Assembly: GCA_040905885.1 (NCBI GenBank)
Contig: JBBDQR010000157.1
Span: forward strand, 8,563-72,562
Direction: 5' to 3'
Source of the DNA: Gaiellaceae bacterium
GTDB taxonomy: Bacteria; Actinomycetota; Thermoleophilia; Gaiellales; Gaiellaceae
Length of the DNA: 64,000 nt
Shown here: piece after piece, positions 54,492-64,000 of the stretch
Numbering within the stretch: the first letter of the stretch is position 1
Layout: each line of letters starts with the position of its first letter
Translations under genes and position numbers: made by a program
The notes under the pieces: model-generated
What the model saw: only the letters and a program-made list of their open reading frames with translations
Told to the model about the DNA's origin: nothing
The model's database searches: none

Positions 54492-55601
54492 TCACCGAGT
54501 CTCGACGGAATCGTACGTGCCTTCCTGGATGGACAGATCTTGCAGCAGGTAGAGGGAGCCCGTGACCAGAACGGCTCCCTCGGGACCGGCAAGCCCCCTT
54601 GCGCGTGCGAGAGCCTCGGCGGGGTCGTCGACGGCCTCGGCGGGAACGCGCGCGAGGGCAGCGAGCTCCTCCGCGCCCAGCGCGCGGGGGTTGCTCGAGC
54701 GGGTGGCGACGATCCGGTCGGCGATCGCGCCGAGCGCCGCGAGCATCCGCTCGGCGTCCTTGTCGCGGAGGATGGAGGCGACGACGACGTAGCGCCGCGC
54801 CGGCAGCCGCGCGAGCAGCCAGCCCAGGCCGGCGAGGTTGTGGGCTCCGTCCCAGATCTCGAGCGGGCTCTCGCCGCGGCGCTCGAGCCTGCCCGGCGGC
54901 TGGACGTGCTCCGCCGGCGCGGGGTCGGCGGGGCGGCCGAGGAGGGCCTGGGCCGCCGCGTGCGCGAGAGCCGCGTTGGCGCGGCCGACGACCTCGACCC
55001 AGGCGGCGCCGCGCTCGCGGGCCAGCGGCTCCCACTCGGGCTCGCAGAGGACGACGACCGCGCCCGGGGTGACCACGGCGAGCTTCTCCGCGGCGATCTC
55101 CTCGCGCGTCCCGCCGAGCACGTCGGTGTGCTCGAGCGCCACGTTCGTGAGCACGACGACGGGCGCGTCGAGGACGTTCGTCGCGTCGAGCCGCCCGCCG
55201 AGCCCCGCCTCGACCACCGCCGCCTCGACGCCAACCTCTGCGAGCTCGGAGAACGCCGCCGCGGTCACCGCCTCGAACTGCGTCGCCCCGAGACGCTCGG
55301 CCGCCGGCCGCACCCGCTCGACCGCCCGGTCGAAGTCGCCGACGGTGATCCGCTCCCGCCAGGAGCGGACGTGGGGGGACACGGTCGCGCCCGCGCGGAC
55401 GCCCTCGCCGCGCAGGATCGCCTCGGCCATCAGGGTCGTCGTCGTCTTGCCGTTCGTGCCGACGACGTGGATCGAGCGGAAGCGGAGCTGCGGGTCGCCG
55501 AGCTCGGCGAGCAGCGCGCGCATGCGCTCGAGCCCGAACTCCTCGGGCCAGGGGGACAGCGACTCGAGCCAGGCCTCAGCGCTCGAGGGCACCGAGCTCA
55601 C
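54492..55601 (-). CDS. folC: bifunctional folylpolyglutamate synthase / dihydrofolate synthase
   Basis: IHVVGTNGKTTTTLMAEAIL (P-loop), Mur-ligase layout. Confidence 0.85.
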   Translation of the reverse strand: MSSVPSSAEAWLESLSPWPEEFGLERMRALLAELGDPQLRFRSIHVVGTNGKTTTTLMAEAILRGEGVRAGATVSPHVRSWRERITVGDFDRAVERVRPAAERLGATQFEAVTAAAFSELAEVGVEAAVVEAGLGGRLDATNVLDAPVVVLTNVALEHTDVLGGTREEIAAEKLAVVTPGAVVVLCEPEWEPLARERGAAWVEVVGRANAALAHAAAQALLGRPADPAPAEHVQPPGRLERRGESPLEIWDGAHNLAGLGWLLARLPARRYVVVASILRDKDAERMLAALGAIADRIVATRSSNPRALGAEELAALARVPAEAVDDPAEALARARGLAGPEGAVLVTGSLYLLQDLSIQEGTYDSVETR

Positions 55602-57984
55602 GCCGGTAGCGGGCGAGCTTCTCGCGCTCGGCCTCGACGACGTCCTCGGACGCGTTCCCGACGAAGCGCTCGTCGCCGAGCATCCGCTCGGCGCGGGCCA
55701 CCTCCGCCCCGACCCGGGCGAGCTCGCCCGCCAGGTCGGCGGCGTCGCGCTGCTCCCGGACCACGGCGTCGAAGATCCGCTGCTCCTCCGGGTCGAGGCG
55801 CACGCGCACCCCGCTCCGGCGGTAGATCACGGCCGCGTCCTGCACGCGCTGGAGCGCGTCCTCGGCCACGTCCTCCTCGATCGGCTCGGGCCAGGGCGCG
55901 ACGATCAGCCGGGTCTCCCGGCCGGGCAGGTTCGACCAGATCTCCTCGGTCACGTGCGGCAGCGCCGGGTGGAGCAGCTTCAGCAGCCGCTCGAGCGCCG
56001 CGAGCGCCGTCGCCTGCGCGTCGGCGTCGCGCGCGTACAGCCGCGGCTTGATCGCCTCCGCGTACCAGTCGCAGAAGTCGTCGAAGGTGAGGTGGTAGAG
56101 GGCGTTCGCGACCCGCGCGAACTGGAAGGCGGCGAGGTTCTCCTCCACCTCCGCGCGGGCCGCCTCGAGGCGCGCCACGATCCAGCGCTCCTCGAGGTCG
56201 CGCGGCCGGAGCGCGGGCTCGACGCCCTCCGTGTTCATGAGGATCAGCCGCGAGACGTTCCAGAGCTTGTTCGCCAGGCGGCGGCCTTCCTCGATCGCGC
56301 CCACCGAGAAGCGGACGTCTTGCTGCGAGGTCATCTTCATCAGGCCGTAGCGGGTGGCGTCGGCGCCGTGCTCGACGATGAGCTCGAGCGGGTCGATGCC
56401 GGTGCCGAGCGACTTCGACATGCGGCGGCCCTCCGGCGTCAGCACGGTCGTGTGGATGATCACGTCGCCGAACGGAGGCTCGCCCGTCAGCTCGAGCCCG
56501 GCGAAGATCATCCGGTTCTCCCAGAGGCGGATGATGTCGCGGGCGGTGATGTTGAAGCTGCCCGGGTAGAAGCGGCGCAAGTCGGGAGTGTCGTCCGGCC
56601 AGCCGAGCGTCGCGAAGGGCCAGAGCGCGGACGAGAACCACGTGTCGAGCACGTCTGTATCTCGGCTCAGGCTCTCGGTGCCGCAATTACCGCAGCGCTC
56701 CGGCTCTGATACAGCGACCGTGACATGGCCGCTCGGGCAGTACCAGACCGGCAGCTGGTGGCCCCACCAGATCTGGCGCGAGATGTTCCAGTCGGGCGCG
56801 TGCTCGAGCGAGTCGATCGCGAACCGGTGCTGCGACTCGGGGTGGTAGCGGACGCGTCCCTCCTTCAGCGCCGCCAGGGCGGCCTGCTTGTACTCGTCCA
56901 TCCGGCACCACCACTGGAGTGAGATCCGCGGCTCGATCCGGCTGTGGCAGCGCTCGCACTGCGTGATCGTGTGCCGGTACGGCTCCCGCCGCTCGAGCAG
57001 GCCCCGCACTTCGCACCAGTTGAGGACCTCGGCGCCCGCCTCTTCCTGCGTGTACCCGTCGTAGAACCCGGAGACGCTGCTGTCCATCAGCCCGTCCTCC
57101 TTGATCACCATCGGCTCGGGGAGGCCGTGGGCGCGGCCGATCTCGAAGTCGGTCGGGTCGTGGCCGGGCGTCACCTTGAGGGCTCCGGTGCCGAACTCCG
57201 GGTCGACCCGCTCGTCCGCGATCACGGGCACGCGTCGCTCTACCACCGGCACCAGCACCTCGCGCCCCACCAGCTCGCGGTAGCGCTCGTCCTCCGGGTG
57301 CACCGCGACGGCGACGTCGGCGAGGATCGTCGCCGGCCGGACGGTCGCGACCGTCACGTGCCCGTCGCCGTCCGCGAGCGGGTAGCGGACGTAGACGAGC
57401 TCGTCGTCCACCTCCACGTGCTCGAGCTCGAGGTCCGAGAGCGAGGAGCGGTGATAGGGACACCAGTTGGCGATCCGGTGGTCGCGGTAGAGCCACCCGC
57501 GCTCCCAGAGATGGACGAAGTGGCGCATGACCGCGCGCGTGTAGCCCTCGTCCATCGTCATCCGCTCGCGGCTGTAGTCCATCGACGCGCCCAGCCGGCG
57601 GAACTGGGTCATGATCGTCTGCCCGTAGCGGCGGAGCCAGTCCCAGACGAGCTCGACGAAGGCCTCCCGCCCGACCTCCTGCCGCGAGCGGCCCTCGGCC
57701 TCGAGCGCCGTCTCGACCTGGTACTGCGTCGCGATCCCGGCGTGGTCGTAGCCGGGCTGGAAGAGGCAGTTGAAGCCCTGCATCCGCTTCCAGCGGACGA
57801 GCGCGTCGGCGAGCGTGAGCCCCATCGCGTGGCCCATGTGCAGTTCGCCGGTGACGTTCGGCGGCGGGTGCGCGTCGACGTACGTCGGCCGGTCGTCGTC
57901 GGCGTGCGCGGCGTAGTGGCCTTCGGCCTCCCAGGTCTCCTGCCAGCGCTGCTCGACGCCTTCGGGGCGATAGAGGGGATCCAT
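55576..57984 (-). CDS. valS: valine--tRNA ligase
   Basis: PPPNVTGELHMGH (HIGH), RRMSKSLG (KMSKS), C-terminal coiled coil. The stop overlaps the folC start region by 26 nt. Confidence 0.95.
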   Translation of the reverse strand: MDPLYRPEGVEQRWQETWEAEGHYAAHADDDRPTYVDAHPPPNVTGELHMGHAMGLTLADALVRWKRMQGFNCLFQPGYDHAGIATQYQVETALEAEGRSRQEVGREAFVELVWDWLRRYGQTIMTQFRRLGASMDYSRERMTMDEGYTRAVMRHFVHLWERGWLYRDHRIANWCPYHRSSLSDLELEHVEVDDELVYVRYPLADGDGHVTVATVRPATILADVAVAVHPEDERYRELVGREVLVPVVERRVPVIADERVDPEFGTGALKVTPGHDPTDFEIGRAHGLPEPMVIKEDGLMDSSVSGFYDGYTQEEAGAEVLNWCEVRGLLERREPYRHTITQCERCHSRIEPRISLQWWCRMDEYKQAALAALKEGRVRYHPESQHRFAIDSLEHAPDWNISRQIWWGHQLPVWYCPSGHVTVAVSEPERCGNCGTESLSRDTDVLDTWFSSALWPFATLGWPDDTPDLRRFYPGSFNITARDIIRLWENRMIFAGLELTGEPPFGDVIIHTTVLTPEGRRMSKSLGTGIDPLELIVEHGADATRYGLMKMTSQQDVRFSVGAIEEGRRLANKLWNVSRLILMNTEGVEPALRPRDLEERWIVARLEAARAEVEENLAAFQFARVANALYHLTFDDFCDWYAEAIKPRLYARDADAQATALAALERLLKLLHPALPHVTEEIWSNLPGRETRLIVAPWPEPIEEDVAEDALQRVQDAAVIYRRSGVRVRLDPEEQRIFDAVVREQRDAADLAGELARVGAEVARAERMLGDERFVGNASEDVVEAEREKLARYRRELGALER

Positions 57985-58037
57985 CCCGATGCGGTCAGTC
58001 AGCGACGATGGCCCGAGTATAGGGACTTCGGGGCCGT

Positions 58038-59984
58038 GTGCGAGAATCTGACCGCATGGCCCAGGTCGTTGAGGATCCGATCGCCGCCGGTCGCGAGGCG
58101 ATCCTCAGGCGCGCCTGGAACGAGGCGTACGAGTTGCTGTCGAGCGTCGAGGACGAGCTCGGTGCATCGGACCTCGAGCAGCTGGCCGACGCAGCCTTCT
58201 GGAGCGTCCGACTCGATGAGTCGCTCGTCCTGCGCGAGCGGGCGTTCAAGGTGTACGTCGACGAGGGCGATCTTCTCCGCGCCGGCGGAATCGCGGTGCG
58301 GCTGGCGCTCGACTACCTGGGCAGGTGGAACATCCCCGTCTTCAACGGCTGGCTCGCAAAGGGCGAGCGGATCCTCGCGGACCAGCCCGAGTCCCTGGAG
58401 CACGGGCAGGCCGCGCTCGTGCGCGCGGTCTACGCGAACTGGGAGGGGCGGCTGAAGGAGGCTCTCGAGCACGCGGAGAAGGCATACGAGCTCGGCAAGC
58501 GCTTCGGCAACGCCGATCTCCAGGCGCTCGCGCTCGTCACGCAGGGGTCTGCACTCGTCTACCTCGGCGAGCTCGACCGCGGGCTCGCGCTGCTCGATGA
58601 AGCGTCTGCCTCGGCGCTGACCGGCGAGCTCGACCCGTTCTCGTCGACCGTCGTCTACTGCACGACGATCAGCAGCTCACAGGGCATCGGCGACTTCGAG
58701 CGAGCCAAGCAGTGGACGGACGCGGCGAACCGCTGGTGCGACATCGACGGAACCCACGGCTTCCCGGGCGCTTGCCGCGTGCACCGGTCGGAGATCCTCT
58801 GGCTCGGCGGCGAGTGGGAGCAGGCCGAGCAGGAGGCGGTCAACGCCTGCAACGAGCTCGAGTCCTACAACGTGATCACAACGGCTGCCGGCTACTACCA
58901 GATCGGCGAGATCCGCAGGCGGCGCGGCGACTTCGCCCCCGCCGAGGAGGCGTACCGCAAGGCGCACGAGCTCGGCCGCGAGCCGCAGCCGGGACAGGCC
59001 CTGCTCCGGCTCGCCCAGGGACAGACGACCGAGGCGGTGGCGGCCCTCCGGCGCTCCCTGGGCGGGGAGGGCAAGGATCCGCTCTCGCGCGCCCGGCGGC
59101 TGCCCGCCCAGGTCGCGGTCTCCGTCGCGGTCGCGGACCTGGAGACCGCCCGCGCGGCCGCCGAGGAGCTGGAGGAGATCACCGACCGCTTCCGGGTCAA
59201 CGGCCAGCGCACGCCGCTCCTCGACGGGTCGCTCCAGCTCGCGCGCGCCCGGATTGCGCTCGTCGCCGCGGACTGGGACGAGGCGGAGGCCCACGCCGGA
59301 AACGCGCTCCGCATCTGGACGAAGGTCGGCGCGCCGTACGAAGCCGCGGACGCGCGGATCGCGCTCGGCATGGCCTACGAGCACAAGGGCGACCGCGAGG
59401 GCGCCCGCCTGGAGTACGAGGCCGCGAAGGCCGCGTTCGCGCGCCTCGGCGCCGTCCTCGACGCGCAGCGCGCGATGGAGCTGCTCGGTGAGGCGGCCGC
59501 GACGCGGCGGACGTTCGTCTTCACCGACGTCGTCGACTCCACCCCGCTTCTCGAGCAGCGCGGCGAGCAGGGGTTCAAGGAGCTCCTCGACCGGCACGAC
59601 GAGCTGCTCGGGAACGCGATCCGGCGGCACGGCGGCGAGGTGATCAAGCACACCGGCGACGGCTTCTTCGCTGCGTTCGACACCGCCGCCGCTGCGGTCG
59701 GCGCGGCGGTCGAGATCCAGCGCGCGCTCGCGGAGGAGGAGTTCGCCGTCCGCATCGGCATCCACAGCGGGGAGGCGCTTCACCGCGGCAGCGACTACGC
59801 CGGCCGCGGCGTGAACGTGGCCGCGCGGATCGGAGCGCTCGCCGGGGCCGGTGAGATCCTCGTCTCGACCGAGACCGTCGAAGGCTCCGACGTTCCGTAC
59901 GCGCTCTCGGACGCGCGGGCCGCGGAGCTCAAGGGCTTCGTCGAGCCGGTGCCGATCGCCGCGGTCGACTGGCGCGCCGGCTAG
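58038..59984 (+). CDS. TPR/MalT-like helical repeat protein with C-terminal class III adenylate/guanylate cyclase domain
   Basis: C-terminus: RTFVFTDVVDSTPLLE..., HTGDGFFAAFD, VRIGIHSGEA, GRGVNVAARI. Start is GTG 58038 or ATG 58056. Confidence 0.8.
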   Translation: MRESDRMAQVVEDPIAAGREAILRRAWNEAYELLSSVEDELGASDLEQLADAAFWSVRLDESLVLRERAFKVYVDEGDLLRAGGIAVRLALDYLGRWNIPVFNGWLAKGERILADQPESLEHGQAALVRAVYANWEGRLKEALEHAEKAYELGKRFGNADLQALALVTQGSALVYLGELDRGLALLDEASASALTGELDPFSSTVVYCTTISSSQGIGDFERAKQWTDAANRWCDIDGTHGFPGACRVHRSEILWLGGEWEQAEQEAVNACNELESYNVITTAAGYYQIGEIRRRRGDFAPAEEAYRKAHELGREPQPGQALLRLAQGQTTEAVAALRRSLGGEGKDPLSRARRLPAQVAVSVAVADLETARAAAEELEEITDRFRVNGQRTPLLDGSLQLARARIALVAADWDEAEAHAGNALRIWTKVGAPYEAADARIALGMAYEHKGDREGARLEYEAAKAAFARLGAVLDAQRAMELLGEAAATRRTFVFTDVVDSTPLLEQRGEQGFKELLDRHDELLGNAIRRHGGEVIKHTGDGFFAAFDTAAAAVGAAVEIQRALAEEEFAVRIGIHSGEALHRGSDYAGRGVNVAARIGALAGAGEILVSTETVEGSDVPYALSDARAAELKGFVEPVPIAAVDWRAG

Positions 59985-61627
59985 CGCCCGACGGCGTAGC
60001 CCTGCATCCCGCGCGGGTTCGCGCCCGCCTTGAGCAGCCCGTCGGGCTCGCGCGCGACGGCGCTGACCCGGCCGAGCGACCAGGGATCGGTCCGCTTCAC
60101 GTCGTGGCCGCGCGCCTCGAGCTCCGCCGAGACCACGACGCCGAACCGCGATTCGAGCTCGACCGAGCGGGGCGCGAAGGCCCGCGGATGAAAGGACGAG
60201 ATCAGGTGGTTCGTGTGGAAGGCGGGCGCGTCGATCGCCGCTTGCAGGTCGAGCCCCAGCAGGGCGTGGTAGAGGAAGACGTGCAGCGACCACTGGTCCT
60301 GCTGGTCGCCGCCGGGCGTGCCGAAGGCCAGATACGGGTCGCCGCCGCGGAACGCGAGCGAGGGCGAGAGCGTCGTGCGTGGCCGCTTGCCGGGCGCGAG
60401 CGAGCTCGGGTGCCCCTCCTCCAGCCAGAACATCTGGGCGCGCGTCCCGAGCGGGAAGCCGAGCTCGGGGATCACCGGCGAGCTCTGGAGCCAGCCGCCG
60501 CTCGGCGTCGCCGAGATCAGATTCCCGTGCCGGTCGGCGACGTCCACGTGGCAGGTGTCGCCGCGGGTCGGCTCGCCGCCGCCGAGGTGGGCAGGCGCGA
60601 TGCTCCCGACGGCGATGCGGGGAAGACGGCCTTCGAGGCCTGGGCGAAGCTCGGCGGACGCCTCCGCGCCGACGAGGCGGCGCCGCTCGTCGGCGTACTC
60701 GCGCGAGAGGAGCCGGTCGAGGGGCACGTCGACGAAGTCCGGGTCGCCGTACCAGGCGTCGCGGTCGGCGAACGCGAGCTTTGCGCACTCGACCGCGGTG
60801 TGGACGTAGTCCGCCGGCGAGAGCTCCTCGAGCGGGAAACCGTCGAGGAGCGCGAGCTGCTGCAGGAAGACCGGCCCCTGGCTCCAGGGGCCGCACTTGA
60901 AGACTGTGTGCCCGCGGAACTCCAGGGACACCGGAGGCTCGAAGCACGGCTCGTACGCTGCGACGTCGTCGGCCGTGAGCAGCCCGCCTTCACCGGCGAC
61001 GAAGCGGCCGATCGGCTCGGTCAGGAACTCGACTCCGCCCACGGCGACGATCCGCCGGTAGGTCTCCGCCAGCCGCGGGTTGCGGAAGAGCGTGCCCGGC
61101 CGGGGCGCGGGCAGGTAGAGCTCCGCCGAGCCCGGCCACTCGGCGCGGAAGACCGGCTCCATCGCCTCGATCGTCTGCGTGACCCGGGGCACGACGGGGT
61201 AGCCGTGCTCGGCGTACTCGATCGCTGGCGCCGCCACGTCGGCCAGCGGCATCGTCCCGAGCTCGCGCAGGACGAGCAGCCAGGCGGGCAGCGCGCCGGG
61301 AACGCACGCGGCGAGCACGCCCGTGCCGGGCACGAGGTCGAGCCCGCGCTCCCGGAAGGCGTCGATGGTCGCAGCCGCCGGCGCCGGGCCCTGGCCGCTG
61401 ACGACGAGCACGTCGTCCCGCTCGGCGCTGTAGAGCACCATCGGCACCTCGCCGCCGGGGCCGTTGAGGTGCGGCTCGACGACCTGGAGGACGAGCCCCG
61501 CGGCGACGGCGGCGTCGAACGCGTTGCCGCCGCGCTCGAGCATGGCCATCCCGGCCGCCGAGGCAAGCCAGTGGGTCGAGGCGACCATGCCGAACGTGCC
61601 GCGGAGCTCGGGCCGTGTCGTGAACAT
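59981..61627 (-). CDS. ggt: gamma-glutamyltransferase family protein
   Basis: FGMVASTHWLASAAG..., GDTCHVDVADRHGNLISATPSGG (autoprocessing Thr). ATG at 61627 is preferred over the ORF-track 61699. Confidence 0.8.
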   Translation of the reverse strand: MFTTRPELRGTFGMVASTHWLASAAGMAMLERGGNAFDAAVAAGLVLQVVEPHLNGPGGEVPMVLYSAERDDVLVVSGQGPAPAAATIDAFRERGLDLVPGTGVLAACVPGALPAWLLVLRELGTMPLADVAAPAIEYAEHGYPVVPRVTQTIEAMEPVFRAEWPGSAELYLPAPRPGTLFRNPRLAETYRRIVAVGGVEFLTEPIGRFVAGEGGLLTADDVAAYEPCFEPPVSLEFRGHTVFKCGPWSQGPVFLQQLALLDGFPLEELSPADYVHTAVECAKLAFADRDAWYGDPDFVDVPLDRLLSREYADERRRLVGAEASAELRPGLEGRLPRIAVGSIAPAHLGGGEPTRGDTCHVDVADRHGNLISATPSGGWLQSSPVIPELGFPLGTRAQMFWLEEGHPSSLAPGKRPRTTLSPSLAFRGGDPYLAFGTPGGDQQDQWSLHVFLYHALLGLDLQAAIDAPAFHTNHLISSFHPRAFAPRSVELESRFGVVVSAELEARGHDVKRTDPWSLGRVSAVAREPDGLLKAGANPRGMQGYAVGR

Positions 61628-61653
61628 CCGCGGGACCGTACTAGGCTCTGGGA

Positions 61654-63720
61654 GTGCCGATCTGCGCGGACTGCGGCCAGGAGAACCCGAAGGGCGCAAG
61701 GTTCTGCCTCGCCTGCGGCGCCCCGCTCGACGCCGCGAGCCCGGAGCGGACGGAAGAGCGCCGCGTGGTCACGGTGCTCTTCGTCGACATGGTCGGCTCG
61801 ACGTCCCGCGCGGAGACGCTCGATCCGGAGGACGTGCGCGAGATCCTCGACCGCTACTACCGCCGCGTCAGGCAGGAGATCGAGCACTTCGGAGGCCTCG
61901 TCGAGAAGTTCATCGGCGACGCCGTCATGGCCGTCTTCGGCGCGCCGATCGCCTTCGGCGACGACCCCGAGCGAGCCGTGCGCGCCGCCCTGGCCGTGCG
62001 TGACGCCATCGCCGCGATGAACGCGGCGGACCCCGAGCTCGGCCTCAACGTCCGCATCGCCGTCAACACGGGGGAGGCGCTCGTCGCGCTCGGCTCGCGG
62101 CCCGCCCACGGGGAGGCGATGGTGGCCGGCGACGTGGTGAACACGGCGGCGCGGCTGCAGGCGAGCGCGCCTGTGAACGGCATCCTCGTCGGCGAGGAGA
62201 CCTACCGCAGCACGCGCGCGACGATCGAGTACGAGGCGGCGGAGCCGGTGACGGCTCCCGGCAAGGCGCTCCCCGTCCCGGCGTGGCTCGCCGTCGAGGC
62301 CCTGGCCGGCGAGGGCGAGCGGACGCTCTCGCCCGCGCCCATGGTCGGCCGCGAGCGCGAGCTCGAGCTGCTTCGCGGCATCTGGGAGCGCGTCGCCGCC
62401 GAACGGCGGGCCCACCTCGTCACGATGTTCGGCCCGCCCGGGATCGGCAAGTCGCGGCTGGCCTGGGAGTTCGGCGAGCTCGTGGCCAAGCTGGGCGGCA
62501 GGACGCTGCGCGGGCGCTCCACCCCGTACGGCGCCAGCACGCCGTACGCCGCGTTCTCGGCGCACCTGAAGCAGGTCGCGCGGATCTTCGACAGCGACGC
62601 CGCCGACGTCGCCGCCGAGAAGCTCCAGGCGGCGGTCGCAGACCTCGTCGGCGAGGCGGAGTCGGCCCACGTGGCCGCCCACGTCGGGGCCCTGATCTCC
62701 CTCAGGACGGGCGCGGAGGCACCCGACCGCCAGACGCTGTTCCGCTCGGCCCGGAGAGTGGTCGAGGAGCTGGCGGCCCGGCAGCCCACGCTGCTCGTCT
62801 TCGAGGACATCCACTGGGCGGACGGGAGCATGCTCGACCTCCTCGACGAGCTCGCCGCCCTGCTGCACGGCTCCCCGGTCCTGCTCCTGGGGGTCGCGCG
62901 CCCGGATCTCCTGACCGAGCGGCCGACGTGGGGCGGCGGGCTGCCCGCGTACACGGCGGTGCCGCTCGAGCCCCTGCGGAACGAGCACGCCCAGGAGCTC
63001 GCCGAGCGCCTGCTCGGGCACCGTGAGCCCGACCGCATCGCCCGGCTGCTCGAGATCTCGGAGGGCAACCCCCTCTTCATCGAGGAGCTCACGGCCTCGC
63101 TCGCCGAGCAGCCGGACGAGCACGAGCTCCCGACGAGCATCCGGGCGATCATCGCCTCGCGGCTCGACGGGCTGCCGGCGCCGGAGCGGTCGCTCCTGCT
63201 CGACGCCTCGGTCGTCGGGCGCGTTTTCTGGGACGGCTCGCTTCCCCGGGAGAACGGGCGAGACGTGCGTGCGCTCCTCGGCTTTCTCGAGCGGCGGGAC
63301 TTCGTCCGCCGGGAGAGCGTCTCGCGCATCCAGGGCCAGGAGCAGTACCGCTTCAAGCACGCCCTGATCCGCGACTGCGCGTACGGGCTGCTGCCGCGTG
63401 CGGCGCGCCGCACGCGCCACGAGGCCGTGGCCCGGTTCCTCGAGGAGGCGACCGTCGAGACCGCCGCGGCGGCCGAGGCGATCGCCCACCACTGGCGCGA
63501 GGCCGGAGACGCCCAGCGCGCGGTCCGCTACCTCCTCGCCGCCGCCGAGGACGCCGGCCGTGGCTGGGCCAAGGAGCGCGCGGTCGCGCTCTACCGCGAG
63601 GCGCTCGAGCTGATCCCCGAGGAGGACGACGAGCGCCGCCAAGCCGTCAGGAAGCGACTCGGCGTCGCCCTCCACGCGCTCTTCCAGATCCCGGACGCGG
63701 AGCGGCTACGTCGAGGCTGA
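61654..63720 (+). CDS. zinc-ribbon + class III nucleotide cyclase + P-loop STAND/AAA ATPase + TPR protein
   Basis: CADCGQENPKGARFCLACG. VTVLFVDMVGST..., FIGDAVMAVFGAP. MFGPPGIGKSRL (Walker A), LLVFEDIHWAD (Walker B). TAGGCT lies 6 nt upstream of the GTG. Confidence 0.85.
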   Translation: MPICADCGQENPKGARFCLACGAPLDAASPERTEERRVVTVLFVDMVGSTSRAETLDPEDVREILDRYYRRVRQEIEHFGGLVEKFIGDAVMAVFGAPIAFGDDPERAVRAALAVRDAIAAMNAADPELGLNVRIAVNTGEALVALGSRPAHGEAMVAGDVVNTAARLQASAPVNGILVGEETYRSTRATIEYEAAEPVTAPGKALPVPAWLAVEALAGEGERTLSPAPMVGRERELELLRGIWERVAAERRAHLVTMFGPPGIGKSRLAWEFGELVAKLGGRTLRGRSTPYGASTPYAAFSAHLKQVARIFDSDAADVAAEKLQAAVADLVGEAESAHVAAHVGALISLRTGAEAPDRQTLFRSARRVVEELAARQPTLLVFEDIHWADGSMLDLLDELAALLHGSPVLLLGVARPDLLTERPTWGGGLPAYTAVPLEPLRNEHAQELAERLLGHREPDRIARLLEISEGNPLFIEELTASLAEQPDEHELPTSIRAIIASRLDGLPAPERSLLLDASVVGRVFWDGSLPRENGRDVRALLGFLERRDFVRRESVSRIQGQEQYRFKHALIRDCAYGLLPRAARRTRHEAVARFLEEATVETAAAAEAIAHHWREAGDAQRAVRYLLAAAEDAGRGWAKERAVALYREALELIPEEDDERRQAVRKRLGVALHALFQIPDAERLRRG

Positions 63721-64000
63721 CTCGCCGTCGAGCGGGAAGTCGTCGGGCGTGACGTCGCCGGCAATCTCGTAGATCTCCTCCACGAAGTGCTCGCCGAGGC
63801 GCCGTGAGTGCTCGCGGACGACCTCCTTGCTCGGCGCCTCGTAGATACAGAAGGACTTGAGGGCGCCGTCCTCGGCCAGGACGACGTGGCTGTGCTCCCA
63901 CGTGATCTCGGGGAAGCTGTCGCGCCCGAGCTGCTTGGACCGGCGACCGACGGCAGGAAGGCTGTTCAGGTCGACCGTGTACGTGCGCTCAACGACGTAT
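63706..64000 (-). CDS. DUF4242-like small protein, 5' end outside window
   Basis: Not in the ORF track (no start within the window). Minus-strand translation: ...VVERTYTVDLNSLPAVGRRSKQLGRDSFPEITWEHSHVVLAEDGALKSFCIYEAPSKEVVREHSRRLGEHFVEEIYEIAGDVTPDDFPLDGESAST*. Stop TAG at 63706-63708. Confidence 0.6.
   Translation of the reverse strand, partial: YVVERTYTVDLNSLPAVGRRSKQLGRDSFPEITWEHSHVVLAEDGALKSFCIYEAPSKEVVREHSRRLGEHFVEEIYEIAGDVTPDDFPLDGESAST

Overview
This is a 64-kb stretch of a very GC-rich bacterial chromosome (by eye about 70% GC or more; not computed). Gene content, promoters placed directly upstream of start codons (leaderless type), and pervasive 1-4 nt gene overlaps fit an actinobacterial-type genome. 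A class-level guess of Thermoleophilia/Rubrobacteria-like is low-confidence inference. Stop codons are rare, so the six-frame track is full of long shadow ORFs, and several real genes are merged into chimeric ORFs. I re-derived many starts from the junction sequences.

Layout:
(1) 1-7009: a 5'-truncated giant secreted protein with beta-helix repeats, PVGST repeats and a C25-like peptidase region.
(2) tRNA-Ala(UGC), then a tightly coupled minus-strand operon: small acidic ORF, NlpC/P60, pentapeptide-repeat membrane protein, FecR-type lipoprotein, papain-like C1 peptidase, conserved unknown.
(3) An extended GMC oxidoreductase, a patatin, and a five-gene coupled operon: alpha/beta hydrolase, acetoacetate-decarboxylase-like protein, three small membrane proteins.
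(4) A membrane metallophosphoesterase plus an unknown multi-TM partner.
(5) A housekeeping block: GGDEF cyclase, sucA, amino-acid ABC transporter, tRNA-Ala(GGC), rsfS-nadD-obg-rpmA-rplU, rne, rodA-mrdA-mreDCB-maf, ndk, folC, valS.
(6) Two class III nucleotide cyclases with TPR/STAND modules flanking ggt.

No rRNA, CRISPR array, transposase or integrase was seen.

Observations most worth a second look:
- the tRNA-adjacent operon with two cysteine peptidases;
- the PVGST repeat protein;
- a hicA toxin gene whose stop overlaps the maf start at the head of the cell-shape operon, with hicB facing it head-to-head;
- a low-GC PD-(D/E)XK nuclease gene whose stop codon lies inside tRNA-Ala;
- an orphan MMPL C-terminal fragment;
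- a poly-C frameshift in a gene coupled to rodA;
- two genes whose convincing N-termini lack canonical start codons;
- a recurrent TAnnnT-N6-9-start signature.

I found no single system that I can call novel with confidence. All functional calls rest on motif recognition without database searches.
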